A stretch of DNA of 64,000 nt from Podarcis cretensis (lineage: Eukaryota), in NCBI GenBank assembly GCA_951804945.1, contig OX638155.1, forward strand, positions 63,240,001 to 63,304,000, given 5' to 3'. Every line of letters begins with the position of its first letter. The stretch's first letter is position 1. The translations under genes and the position numbers were made by a program. Positions 23,546-35,881 of this stretch are shown piece by piece. The notes beneath the pieces were generated by a model, which was not told where the DNA came from, did no database searches, and saw only the letters and a list, made by a program, of their open reading frames with translations.

Positions 23546-25051
23546 TGGACTAGATTTGTGAAGGAAATTGAAGATGAAGAGGGGAAAGAACCTTAAATTA
23601 GTGCCACTTACTTTGAACATATCCTCCCCCCTTTTTAGTTCCCCACTGAATAGCAATGAAGTTGTTGCAGTAATGAAATAAACTGCATTTTTTTTAAAAA
23701 AAAATCAGAACAACAGTTCCTAGAAATGTCACTTTCCAGTGATCTTGAGAATGATGCTTCCCCCAACCCCTTTCTCTGCAAATAGATACCAATTTCCATT
23801 TTACGTCGCTCTTCATAATTATAGAGAAAAATAACTCTTTTGTCTGGAGTCATGGCCCTCCCCACACTGCAAATGCTGGATGTGGCATTTTAAGAGGTGC
23901 AAAAACCTTCTCCAAACATGCAGAACGATCAGGGTGATATTGTGCAGATGTGAGAAGTGAAAAAACAAACAAACAAACCCATAACGATTTAAATGGCTCT
24001 TGTGAAAATGGCCTCCTGTTTTTCATTTCTGCAGCCATATGCTTTTAGCACAGTGAATGAAAGATGTTGCAGGATCCATCTAAAAATAATAGAAACAAAT
24101 CAGTAATTGTTCCTAATGGCTTCAAAAGAGTATCAGAATCCATAACTATCAAAGCTAATCTAGCAGAAGAAGGGGGAGGGAATGAAATTGCTTCTCCTAT
24201 GGAAACAAATTGTAATTAATTCCTTAATTTGCCAAGGCATTTGCAGTATATATTTAATAGCTCCAGCATTCAAAGGAGCCTTGCCAAACAGCTTTATGAA
24301 GAAACATGATCTATGTGTAGCCTCAAGCAGATACTATCTAGTAACTCACTATGCCGTACAAAAGAACTGCGCACAACAGGAGTCTCATGTTTCAGATTCT
24401 GATGCCTCAGGATGCTCTGATCTTCAAGGATAATTTTTTATATATTCTGTATCACCTGCACATCAGTTTTTATAAACGGAAGATTCAGAACAAGCTCAGT
24501 ATCCACATATTTTGCTTATATTGGTTAACCCATTAAATGTTAACATGAGCAAACAATGCAGTTATATAAAATGTCATCCAAAGTTGGCTATGAGTTGCTT
24601 TGGACTGGTCAGGGGCGGCTCAAGGCATTTTGGAATCCAAGGCAAAATGCCCAGCTGCTACCTCCATGATGAATGGGGGCAAATTCTGTAAGGGCTTCTC
24701 CTCAAGAACCTCTTGAGGTGCTTCCTTTCCTGATCCCCCCCCCCCCGGGCTTTGCATCAGCTTCTTCTTCATTAAAAGCCGGCACAAAGCCCTGGCTGCA
24801 AAGCTAGGCGGTGGAACACCTCCCCTCTCACCATCTTGGAAGGAAGGAAGGCATTCCTCAGAGCTTTGCTTGGTCTCTTTCTGCCCTAGAGGCTGGGGAG
24901 ACCAGCAGCAAATCAGTTCTGATTATGGTATATCATTTGAGGATGAGACTCAGGCTTGCACACTCTTCTTTTGGCCTACTCCATACAATTGGGAGTGCTT
25001 GTCTTAGAGCCACATTCTGAGTAGTTTAATTGGCTCTTAGGCTGAGCAAAA

Positions 25052-25388
25052 AAAGGTAAAGGGACACCTGACCATTAGGTCCAGTCATGGCCGACTCTGG
25101 AGCTGTGGTGCTCATCTCGCTTTATTAGCCGAGGGAGCCGGCGTACAGCTTCTGAGTCATGTGGCCAGCATGACTAAGCTGCTTCTGGCGAACCAGAGCA
25201 GCGCATGGAAACACTATTTACCTTACTGCCAGAGCGATACCTGTTTATCTACTTGCACTTTGACCTGCTTTCGAACTGCAAGGTTGGCAGGAGCTGGGAC
25301 CGAGCAAAGGGAGCTCACTCCGTCACGGGGATTCAAACTGCCGACCTTCTGATCGGCAAGTCCTAGGCTCTGTGGTTTAACCCACAGT
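25052..25388 (-). mobile_element. Sauria SINE (slightly 5'-truncated)
   Basis: Matches the copies at 26273 and 32251. (ACCTTT) tail. Confidence 0.92.
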
Positions 25389-26272
25389 GATTAACAAAGT
25401 GTTTGGGCTTTTATCTGTCATACTATTGGGTTGGGGGCACTCTTGGGTCACCCAATGCCAGCTTGGCTTTGGGGCCCTGGGGGGTGCCCCTTTAAGCATG
25501 GCCTGCACATCTGGGTGAACTCCAAACCAGCAGGGCCACAGTGAGCTGGTCAAGTGACAAACCCAAGTTTTTCATTGCAAGGTGGAAGAATTCCTTCCCA
25601 TGCTTTGTGGTGGAACCACAGGAGGGGCCTTTATATGAGCCCAGAAGCAGGGAGGGAGTCAGAGGTGCCAGCTTCTCTGGAGAAGTGAGGGGGCTAGACA
25701 CGATATTCTGAAGTCATGCAATGTCCTAACATCACACCGGGTGCCCTCTGAACAATGTGTGCCTGTCCTCCTCAAAAAAAGATTGTGGGGGCATAGTGCT
25801 CCAGCCCCCAGGAGCCAGCAATCTTGGAAGGAGTTGACCCCTCCTACCTTACGGAAGTTCCTTCATGGACTATGTTTTGTTTCTGTTGATCTAATTGGTT
25901 CAGCTGCAGACCCTCCAATATTTTATAGTTAATATAACCTCCCCACCCCCCATCTCTTGCCCTGAGTCTTCTGTGAGGTGTGAACTTTATGCATAGTGAT
26001 GTGACAACAGAGACTTAGACTTTCTTTCCTTCATTCCTTAATGAAACAGCAGGATTTTCGTGTGGTCTCTACATAACTGGTCCACTATAAGGAGGGAAAA
26101 ACAAAAAGAAGGGAGAAGACAGTATTGGAAGACAATGTCATTTAAGGGATACAGTCTTGCCTGGCATTATTTTAAAAGAACAGAAAGAGACCAGTTCACT
26201 GATGGCGTACTTTCCTCCTGAACCAGCAGAAGCAGCAACTAGCCTCTTTGATCAGTGTTAACCTAAAGACCT

Positions 26273-26630
26273 GGGAGGGACACGGGTGGCGCTGTGGGTT
26301 AAACCACTGAGCCTAGGACTTGCCGATCAGAAGGTTGGCAGTTCTAATCCCCGCGATGGGGTGAGCTCCCATTGCTTGGTCTCAGCTCCTGCCAACCTAG
26401 CAGTTCGAAAGCACATCAAAGTGCAAGTAGATAAATAGGTACCGCTCCGGCGGGAAGGTAAACGGCGTTTCCGTGCACTGCTCTGGTTCGCCAGAAGCGG
26501 TTTAGTCATGCTGGCCACATGACCCGGAAGCTGTACGCCGGCTCCCTCGGCCAATAAAGCGAGATGAGCGCCGCAACGCCAGAGTCGGTCACGACTGGAC
26601 CTAATGGTCAGGGGTCCTTTTAGCTTTACC
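26273..26630 (+). mobile_element. Full-length Sauria SINE
   Basis: GGGACACGGGTGGCGCTGTGGGTTAAACC head, Bov-B-like tail ending CTTTACC. 14-bp TSD TAACCTAAAGACCT (26259-26272, 26631-26644). Confidence 0.95.
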
Positions 26631-26977
26631 TAACCTAAAGACCTAATTGAAACTAACCCAGAACTAAGCCTGGGGTATGCAGAGACCAAAAGATGTTGAA
26701 TATTTATTTATTTTAAAAGCTGTAAAATAATCTCTGTGGGGGGGAAATATTTTGCTTCAAAAGATTTTCCAGCAGTGACAAAGTCAGGGTTTCTGTTGAA
26801 ATTTCAAAAGAGAGGAATTGGTCGTAGATGCAGATTCTGAAATATTAATCACCAAGGAGAGTTTAATGTTCACTGCAGTTTGATAGGGCTGAACAGCTGG
26901 CGATAAAGACAGATCAGAAACCTGTACTTCCTTTTTTTTTCAAGGACCAAGGGTGAGGGGAAATTGTCTAACACTAT

Positions 26978-27224
26978 AACCTAGCAGTTCGAAAGCACCT
27001 CCGGGTGCAAGTAGATAAATAGGGACCGCTTACCAGCGGGAAGGTAAACGGCGTTTCCGTGTGCGGCTCTGGCTCGCCAGAGCAGCGATGTCACGCTGGC
27101 CATGTGACCCGGAAGTGTCTCCGGACAGCGCTGGCCCCTGGCCTCTTAAGTGAGATGGGCGCACAACCCCAGAGTCTGTCAAGACTGGCCCGTACGGGCA
27201 GGGGTACCTTTACCTTTACCTTTA
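26978..27224 (+). mobile_element. 5'-truncated Sauria SINE, different subfamily
   Basis: AACCTAGCAGTTCGAAAGCAC...GTGCAAGTAGATAAATAGG core, divergent 3' half, (ACCTTT)3 tail. Confidence 0.88.
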
Positions 27225-29829
27225 TTGCTGTAAGACTGAGACCCTAAATATTTACTTGCATCACAGTCTTTACAGAACCTAGTCTTCAGTGATTCACCAA
27301 AAGATCTTAGAAAAGGCATCTGAACCAAGATGCAGAGCAAAATGCTTAAAAAATCACACTTTTCTCAATGTTGTGTAGCAGTTGTCCATCCAAAACAAAT
27401 GCATAGAAAAAAATGTTCATTATCTAGACCCAAATGCTATAATTGTGGATAAATTGCACATTATGGTCACAGACTAATAAAATTAGATACATTAAGACTA
27501 TTAAAAACAAATATATAAAAACATTCACCACCCCAAAAGAAGCCAACATAAAATTTCTTGTGATTTGCATTGCTGTTAGAAAAGATTTTGCAACTTTCCC
27601 CGTGCCCCTCAGCGGGACTCTGTTTCACCCCCCGGTCTGTTCCTCCTGCTCTGCCCCTGTTCTTCCCTCTTCCAGGTCCAAAAGGACCCACACATTGGCG
27701 GGTATCATTTGGACGTGCCTAAAATGGTCTCCACTTGTATTGGCCTTTTATGAAATTCTATCAATGGTGCTTAGTAAAAATCCTATAGGAAAAAGGCTCT
27801 ATATTCTGATGGCATGAGCATCATGACGACCAGTAGATTCTTATCTGCTGCAATCTTCAACCACCTTCACAGCCATCGTAACATACCGCATGTTATCTTC
27901 TGCCTGTTCTGTCATTGAGGACTTCTTGGATCATTCTTTGTCTATCTCTTCCCCCTTGACCTTACTGCCTTGAGTAACCCTACTGGAAATATGAGATGCT
28001 GAACGGCTTCGCTCACAAGGATCATAGGAACGTGCAAGCCCACTCACCACAACAAGGTGATTCATCGAGTGGGGGAGATTATATATATATATATATATCC
28101 ATCCATCCATTAGGGAATCCCTAGAACAGATTTAGGGGATGTGCTGGAAGATGGGGGAGGGGCACAGTGGCTGTTCCATTGCACAAGCAGAAATCCTTGC
28201 ACTTACTTATGAAATTACTTAGTGCTACGCTATAGTATTGAATTACAATTTTAACCATTAATATGTTTCCATGTTAATTAGACAACATCAAGACTTAAGT
28301 AAGAGTCCATGAAATAAGCTTTTTAAAAGATAGTGTGGTTTTTAATGGCATTCTCTTTTATACATCGAAAACTGTGCTTTTAGTCTTCAGAATAATCATC
28401 GTCCCTATTTACCTCAGTTTCTGTAACCTATTAGGAAATCATTTCCTGTAGTCTGTAATTATATTGAACAATTTACCTCATCATATTTCCATATGAATTA
28501 AGAAGTAAATAGGAAGGTTAAACAACAGAATAATCAGAGAGTAAGCGGGTAGCGGTTATTTTATTTTTCTGTTATTAATTCTAATAGCATGATTTACTAT
28601 AATGCTGTGAAGTCTCATTTAATGTAAGCATGTTTAATAGCCTATACAAGAGCTGTCAAGAAGGGTTTTGTTTTTTGATGGTTTTTTTTTTTTTGCTTTC
28701 CTATTGAGTGATCTAGTTTCCACTGAAATCAATGACAAATAACCCTTTATTATAATTAGGGCCATCACTCAATTAAAAATATTGTAACCAATCAATGCAA
28801 TGGGTTTTGCTCAATTAATTAATTAAGGCTGCAATCTAAACCCACGTACTTGGGAGTGAGCCCTAATGAATTGAATAAGGCTTACTGTTTAGGATTGCAC
28901 TGCAAATCTGCGTAAAGCTGTAGGTAACTGATCTCTAATTCTGCTGAAAATGCATACTTTCCTTTAGATAATAACTGCAGCAGCTGTAGCAAGTTACCAT
29001 CTTAAAATAGGTATTCCCTCCTGTGTGAGATGACACCTGCAATCCACAGTTCCTGTGTTCCATTAACTTCCATTTTTTAAAAAAGTAAGAAAATTTGGGA
29101 CATCTTTTTAAAACTGGATTTTGCAATTGTACAAAGAAGTGAGAAAAACAAAAGTGCACAACAAAGGGAAGAAAACAACAGAGTACATCCCAAACAGGGG
29201 GAACATGAGGTCAAGAACACTTTACAACAAAATTGAATATAACTTAAAGAAGATCATGGGAGTCCATCTGTTACACAGATGGAAGAGTGTGTTATGCAGA
29301 ACACATCATAGAATCATAGATGTCCTTTGATGTGTCTGACAAGTGGCCCTGTCTATCCAACTCAGGCAAGTTGAAAAAAATTCCACCATACAGCACTAAA
29401 CCACTGTGGTTTTTATTTATCCTTTATTAAACATAGTTTATGGGTAATTTTTTCCCCAATATTGCAAGAGGCCAGATGTTCTTATACTAAATTGGTAAAG
29501 ACAAATTGTTCAAGGAATTTCATTGTTGAACTACAGTTTGATGAGCAGAGGTTAACTAAAGCCACATAATTTGTTCAGATTGTACATCTTTGTTCAAGCC
29601 ATGAAAAAATAACAATAAAAATATGTCAGGAACATAGGCAGTATCTTCTTCCCATTCCCCCCTCCCCAGTAGGAATAGCAGCTGTTCAAACTTTGTCAGT
29701 AATCAGGGTGCATGGAAGTGAATATTTAGGATAATTAAGAAAATGCTGATGTTTCTGAAACCAAGCAAGTGGCAATTTGTTCTAAGGTCACTGGTCCTTC
29801 ATTCAGTAGAAATCTTTCAATCTGAAATA

Positions 29830-30080
29830 CAGGCGTACCTTGGAAGTCAAACAGAATCCATTCCAGAAGTCCATTCAACTTCCAAAATGTTCGAAAATCA
29901 AATCCTGGCTTCTGATTGGCTGCAGGAAGGGCCTGCAGCCAAACAGAAACCACGGAAGCCCCATCGGACGTTCGGGTTACAAAAGAACGTTGGCAAACCA
30001 GAACAATCATTTCCGGGTTTGTGGCATTCGGAAGTCAAAGCATTTGAGTTCCAGGGCATTCGGGATCCAAGGTACGACTG
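29830..30080. mobile_element. Tc1/pogo-type MITE (second family)
   Basis: TA|CAGGCGTACCTTGGA ... TCCAAGGTACGACTG|TA. Confidence 0.85.
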
Positions 30081-30164
30081 TACCACTTCTTGTCCCAGTG
30101 CGCAAGTTACAACTTCAAACTCTCATCTAATATCCCTAGATAGCTCTGCAGAGAGGTTAAGAGA

Positions 30165-30420
30165 GAACAACAACAACAAGAAGAGTTTGGATTTGATATC
30201 CCGCCTTTCACTCCCTTTAAGGAGTCTCAAAGCGGCTAACATTCTCCTTTCCCTTCCTCCCCCACAACAAACACTCTGTGAGGTGAGTGGGGCTGAGAGA
30301 TTTCAAAGAAGTGTGACTGGCCCAAGGTCACCCAGCAGCTGCATGTGGAGGAGCAGAGACGCGAACCCGGTTCACCAGATTACGAGACTACTACTCCTAA
30401 CCACTACACCACACTGGCTC
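30165..30420 (-). mobile_element. Squam3-like SINE
   Basis: Near-identical to the copies at 13143, 54954 and 58610. Tail is (CTT)n grading into (GTT)n. Confidence 0.9.
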
Positions 30421-32250
30421 TCCAAACAAATTGGAGAAATCCAAGGTGGCCATATTAAGAAAGTAGTTTTGAAATAGGGATTACTCAGATCTTTAAGCAT
30501 TTTTAGCTTGACCAAACTAAAGGGCAAAGCCCAGAGAGAACCAAGTCCCAACTATTTGATCAGATCCAGCCCCTTCTTTGCTCTCATGATTGCAAAAGTT
30601 AATTGGCGCTTTTGGAACATCTCAATGCAAGGTTTAGAAGTCTGCACCTCCCTCCATTCATTTTAGTATAATGTAATTTCATAAGCAGACAAAGGTGATT
30701 TATCTTGATATTATCTTTTTAACGGCTCAAATATTTTAATTGTTCAATCTAACTAAACAATTGCATGCTACAGTCCTAATCATACTGGATTGGGATTGAA
30801 TGTGTGCTTTATTAATCACACATATGGGTAACTTGGGAAAGACCCAAAAACCCAAGATCAGTGTGTGGCATTTAAGGCAGAATTCCTACAATTTAATAGA
30901 AAGGGACTACAAATGTCATTACTAGGAAAGACATCTTGCCTTTGGGCAGGTTGTAGCTCACCGGGTTTGTCAATCCAACCCCCTAGGATCCTCTCCAGGC
31001 AATATCCTTCACCAGCACAGCTCCGCACGCTCCTCAAATGATTTTTCCTGGCTGCAATATATCCTTGGACTTTTATGTGTGTCTTTTGGTTGTCTGGACA
31101 AAGGGTGTAGGGAGGTGTGTGAAAACTTCATGTTTTGGCATGGCTGCCATGTAACCTACTAAAAGGGAAGAGTCACATCCATGGTCCCACCCACTTTTGC
31201 TTCTGTTCCTTTAAGAATTCCTTCCTCATATAACACAGGCTCAACCCTTAAATGCAGGGTTGCTTCTAATATCACAAACTAGCTTTCCTCTATTATGTTG
31301 ACTCGCTGTGTAATATAAGCCTCTTTTGTATTTTGCTGCTGTTCCTTATTTAATACAACAACCTCAAAAGTGATCTACAGAATAACGAACCAGACATAAT
31401 AAGTTTCCCCTGGGATTGGAGAACCATTAATTATCAAAATGAATCCTCTCTGAATGCCTCCTAGACCAGTGGTCTGCCTCTATCTAGTTTGTGGTTGCCT
31501 CCATTGCCTCCATTATGAAGGAATTTAAGATTACCCAGGTGGAAGGTGCATTTGGGGGAAAGCAAAATATTTCTGCACTGCAGTGCAGAGATAAAATATC
31601 ACCCCTTATTAAGCAGCGAGAGGCAAGTGCTCTGACTGAATGCTTTAATCTTTGCACAAAACATTGAAAACAATCTTCTTGGCACGCAGAGTAAATATTA
31701 AAGCAGTGTGCTGGTTAACGTTATTCCTGGGAGTGGGACTAATGTCTAAAGAATGAGGAAAGAGATAAATAATGGCGAGGGATGGCTATGAAAAGGCAGT
31801 CTCAGAAGGGCATCTGCAACATAGAACCAGCACAAATAAAAGTGGCCATTGGTCCATCTAGCATAGCTTGCCGAGATACTCGTGTGTCAGAAATATTTTG
31901 CTCATTGTAATTATTATGCAAATAATAAGCTCTAAAAATTTTGTGTCCAGCATCCTGTGCCAAATTCCTCTCCCCCTCTCAGTGTGCTGCTGGCGTTTCA
32001 GGATTCATGTATCTATTAGAGATGTGCACAAGCCCTTTGTATCTGTGCTTTTTTAAAAAAAATATCCAATCTGCTTCTTGGTTGTTCTGTGAATGTAACC
32101 AATTCCCTTCAACAAAGATCTCCCATCTACATGTTTTACACATGCAGAGATGGGATGGGATATCCCATGTCTCAGGGGGTGGTCTGAAAGCACACAATGC
32201 AAGAACCTTGCTGAAGCTAAGCAGGTCTAGATTTAGTGAATGCCAGGTTA

Positions 32251-32610
32251 AAAGTAAAGGTAAAGGGACCCCTGACCATTAGGTCCAGTCGTGGCCGACT
32301 CTGGGGTTGCGGCGCTCATCTCGCTTTATTGGCTTAGGGAGCCGGCATACAGCTTCTGAGTCATGTGGCCAGCATGACTAAGCCACTTCTGGTGAACCAG
32401 AGCAGCGCACGGAAATCCGTTTACCTTCCCGCAGGAGCGGTACCTATTTATCTACTTGCACTTTGACATACCGTACTTTCGAACTGCTAGGTTGGCAGGA
32501 GCAGGAGCCGAGCAACGGGAGCTCACCCTGTCGTGGGGATTCAAACTGCTGACCTTCTGATCGGCAAGTCCTAGGCTCTGTGGTTTGACCCACAGCGCCA
32601 CCCGTGTCCC
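32251..32610 (-). mobile_element. Full-length Sauria SINE
   Basis: 14-bp TSD TGAATGCCAGGTTA (32237-32250, 32611-32624). Confidence 0.95.
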
Positions 32611-33294
32611 TGAATGCCAGGTTAGAAGTACCTGAAAGGGAAATGTCATGCCTCAGAATCCAAGACTGGCTGTCTTGAATGCCAAGGAGGAAAAGTACCA
32701 TTTCAATGCAACAAACAAACAGTATCACATCACTGACACTGGGCTGGGTTATCATGTAATCAGGTGTCATTAACTTCAATGAGCCTGTTTCCAGGTACAG
32801 CATAAGAGGACAAAATCTAATTTTGAATATTCTGGGAAGTTTGAGTTACTGTGCAAATTGATCAAGACCTAAAATAGATCCAACTGTGATCCTTCAACCA
32901 CTCTGAGGATCAGGATACTGATCAGTGAAGGGCTCTGCAAACATTAAATGCAATGTTTGAACAATTTCATAGCAATTACTTGAATCTTCCTTTTGAGGGA
33001 AACTCCCCCCAGCATATATTTATTTCTCTGTTTTGAGAACAGCAGTGCTGTTACTATACAGGTAACTCACATCTTATGCAGGGGTTATATTCCTGGTCAT
33101 CATGCATATAAGCAAAATCATGCAAAGCTGTTTAAAAATCACTGCACTTATCAGCGAGGGACAAACGCGGCTCTCACTCTTCCACTTAGTCTTCCTTCTT
33201 GTCTCTTTTGCTGGATGCTGTTGCAGATGGTATGAAGACCAGGTGGGGTTGACTGGTAGGCAGATGAAGTGCTTAACTGTGGTTCAGATCTAGA

Positions 33295-33602
33295 GGTGAT
33301 TGGCAGCTGCCAATCTCTTGAACTCATCAACGTTTTCCATGGATGGTCTCAGAATGTCTGTAAACCCACGAATGATCTTGCGACTGCATTCCATGGAGAG
33401 GTCAAAGTTTGCAATCAGATCATTTGTGTGCTTTATGACTTGGAAGAGTTGAGAAAATTGCTGCACATTCTAAACTTGATTTGACCAATTCCTCCAGCAA
33501 TTCCACAGTCAATACCTGTTGGCCCTCAATTAGCTCTTCCAGTTCTTCCTGGATGAGGTCTACAAAGCTATCACCATCCACTTGCCTGGCCATCTGCACA
33601 AT
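33295..33602 (-). pseudogene. Fossil pogo/Tigger-like transposase C-terminal fragment
   Basis: Manual translation across frameshifts: IVQMARQVDGDSFVDLIQEELEELIEGQQVLTVELLEELVKSS / QFSQLFQVIKHTNDLIANFDLSMECSRKIIRGFTDILRP..DEFKR / QLPIT. Resembles recalled Tigger C-terminal motifs (ARQVGGEGF, DPSMERS, QLPIT). Confidence 0.7.
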
Positions 33603-33940
33603 GATTTATTATTTTTCTTCTTCATGTGCCTTAAAATATAAATTGTGTCCCCTTTTTTAAGTTAATGGTGGAAAAACATCATTAATAAGAAGGAAGGAAA
33701 AGATACAATGTATATGCCTAGAAGGACTTTACAAAGCAGGTCACAGAGCCATCATAAACCAACAAAAATAGCATCATCCATTGCAGTTAATTGAAATTTG
33801 ATAGGATATGTGTTATTTATTTATTTTTACCAAATGCCTTTCACAGACTATCAAAACATCAGATCAAAATGCCTCAGAAATGATAGCAGGATCTCACATG
33901 TGTATCCATTGTCAGTGGGGTTTGGTGTATTTTCTTAAAT

Positions 33941-34082
33941 AAGCTTAAAGTGAAGAATTGCCTAGCCAATAACAACATGAAACAAGTGTGGCAGGCACTG
34001 CAGCAACTACAAGGGCAATACGAGGAACACAGTTAATGCTGATGATGTGTTAGCGAAGGAGCTGAACATCTTCTTTGCCCAT
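33941..34082 (+). mobile_element. Fossil Rex1/Babar-type LINE fragment (EN-RT linker)
   Basis: KLKVKNCLANNNMKQVWQALQQ / NYKGNTRNTVNADDVLAKELNIFFAH resembles the recalled Rex1/Babar linker motif (NN.RQVWQG...NYK...LAEELN.FFARF). Confidence 0.6.
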
Positions 34083-34373
34083 GTGTCAATCTTATCATCT
34101 GGCCCAGATACTGAAATGCGGTGACCACCTCCAGACATCTTTATCCCCTTTAAAACCAGAAATGTTGTTAAATTACCAGCTGCTGATTCCTGAAATAATA
34201 ATCCACACAGACAGTATTACACAAAGAACTCATGTATCTGGAGAAGGTATGTTTTCAGATTATGTACACCTGTCTTTGCCACCTTTGATGTTACCTGTCA
34301 CCCCACAGTTGTGCTCCCAAGTCCGGTTTCTTGCTCCCTGAAATCAGCATCACATGAGTGATGGAAGAGTAAG

Positions 34374-34592
34374 CAGTGGCAGAGCTTCATGCTCTGGCAC
34401 TGGGGGGCAGAGAGCAGGTGGGGGCAGGGCTGGCACGCACCCTGGGAACATGGTGTGCTGCCCACAGGGGCGTGGCATGTGTCCTGGGGGCGTGGTGCCC
34501 AATGCGGGTGGGGGGCAGCCGTGATGGTACCCCACTGGGATCGCGCTGCCGGGGCAGTGCACTCCCCCCGCACTCCTCTTCCTCCGCCAGTG
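34374..34592. mobile_element. GC-rich hAT-type MITE
   Basis: Ends CAGTGGCAGAG / CTCCGCCAGTG. 8-bp TSD AGAGTAAG / ATAGTAAG (1 mismatch). Confidence 0.8.
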
Positions 34593-35667
34593 ATAGTAAG
34601 TTGAAAGCACAAACATGAACAGCCAAACCAGTCACTTACTAAGGAAAGAGAAAGCAAAACGAGTAGCTTAGGAATATCTGCACTGCCAAATGCCACATTC
34701 AGGAACATCAGACTAGAAGTATGGTACCCTCAAGATGTTATTGATCAACAGTTCTCATCTTCACTAACTTTGGGCTGGGGCTGAGTTCAAATACATCAGA
34801 GGGCACTGCATTGACTAACCCTGCATCAGACTTGCAATACAGTCTTATGTATTTGGAAGTAGGTCCCATTGATTTAAATGAGGTTTACTCTCAGGTACAT
34901 AAGTGGAATAGGATTTCAATCTTATACAGACTAACCAGGGGTAGGTGAGGATGTCATGGAATTCTGATGCAGAAATTGCCAGTGTTTGCTTATTCATCCC
35001 ATGTCCAGAATGGAAATCAACCCAGTAAATATTGGTATTCAGTGCTGTTGTTTTCTGTCTGAAAACAAAACAGTAATTGATCATCTATTATGGGGGTTCT
35101 ATGGGGGATGACAGAAACACACAAAAATAATGTATAGTCACACCCTTGGAACTGCCTCATGAGGCCTGCTCAGAGCATTGGCTATGGTAACCTCTTGGGT
35201 GCTCTTTTGAGTTCTGATTGGACAATCCTCCTTCCAGCTTACACCTCTAGAATATTGTTAAAGAACATGCACATCAATCAAATTAGCAAAACTCCTAATT
35301 CAATAACAATAGATTTCCCTACTAGTGTCTAGTAGAGACATCTTCTTTTTAAAAAGCTTTATTATTATTTCCTTAGAAAAGCAATCAACTGATCTATAAG
35401 CTTCTTGAGATGTTGTATACTCGTTTAGGAGGAAAAACATACTTTAGTTCTCCTTCATTCAATCACAAATGCCTGTAATCTTATTTGTCTCTTCTTATTT
35501 TGCATTTATGTCTTTTAAGTGCTACAAATTAAATATTTCAAAAATTGCATGTAATGTACAGTGTGATAAATGCAGTCTAGGCTACTTGGCTAATCACATT
35601 TTGCTTGTTGATCCAAAATGTTAATTCACACTGACCTAATTTAAAATGAAACACATTAGGAATCTGA

Positions 35668-35723
<56 letters not shown>
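35668..35723. repeat. (AAT)n microsatellite, the 3' tail of the L2 element
   Basis: About 18 perfect units directly after the L2 3' UTR. Confidence 0.95.
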
Positions 35724-35725
<2 letters not shown>

Positions 35726-35881
35726 TTTATTTATATCCCGCCCTCCCCAGCCGAAGCCGGGCTCAGGGCGGCTAACAACACTAAAACAGTATGACATTAT
35801 AAAACATTATAAAAATGAATTAAAATCAAAATTGATGGCAACCATAAACTAAAGTTTTGTAAAGATTGCCAGAGGAGGGGG

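Noticed and set aside
29743-30477. 244-aa ORF
   Set aside because: It runs through a MITE and an antisense SINE. The same SLPPPQQTLCEVSGAER peptide recurs in every SINE copy, so it is a chance open frame.
34211-34246. 36-nt micro-exon TVLHKELMYLEK with AAG|GTATGT donor
   Set aside because: Poor polypyrimidine tract, no recognisable protein and no partner exons.
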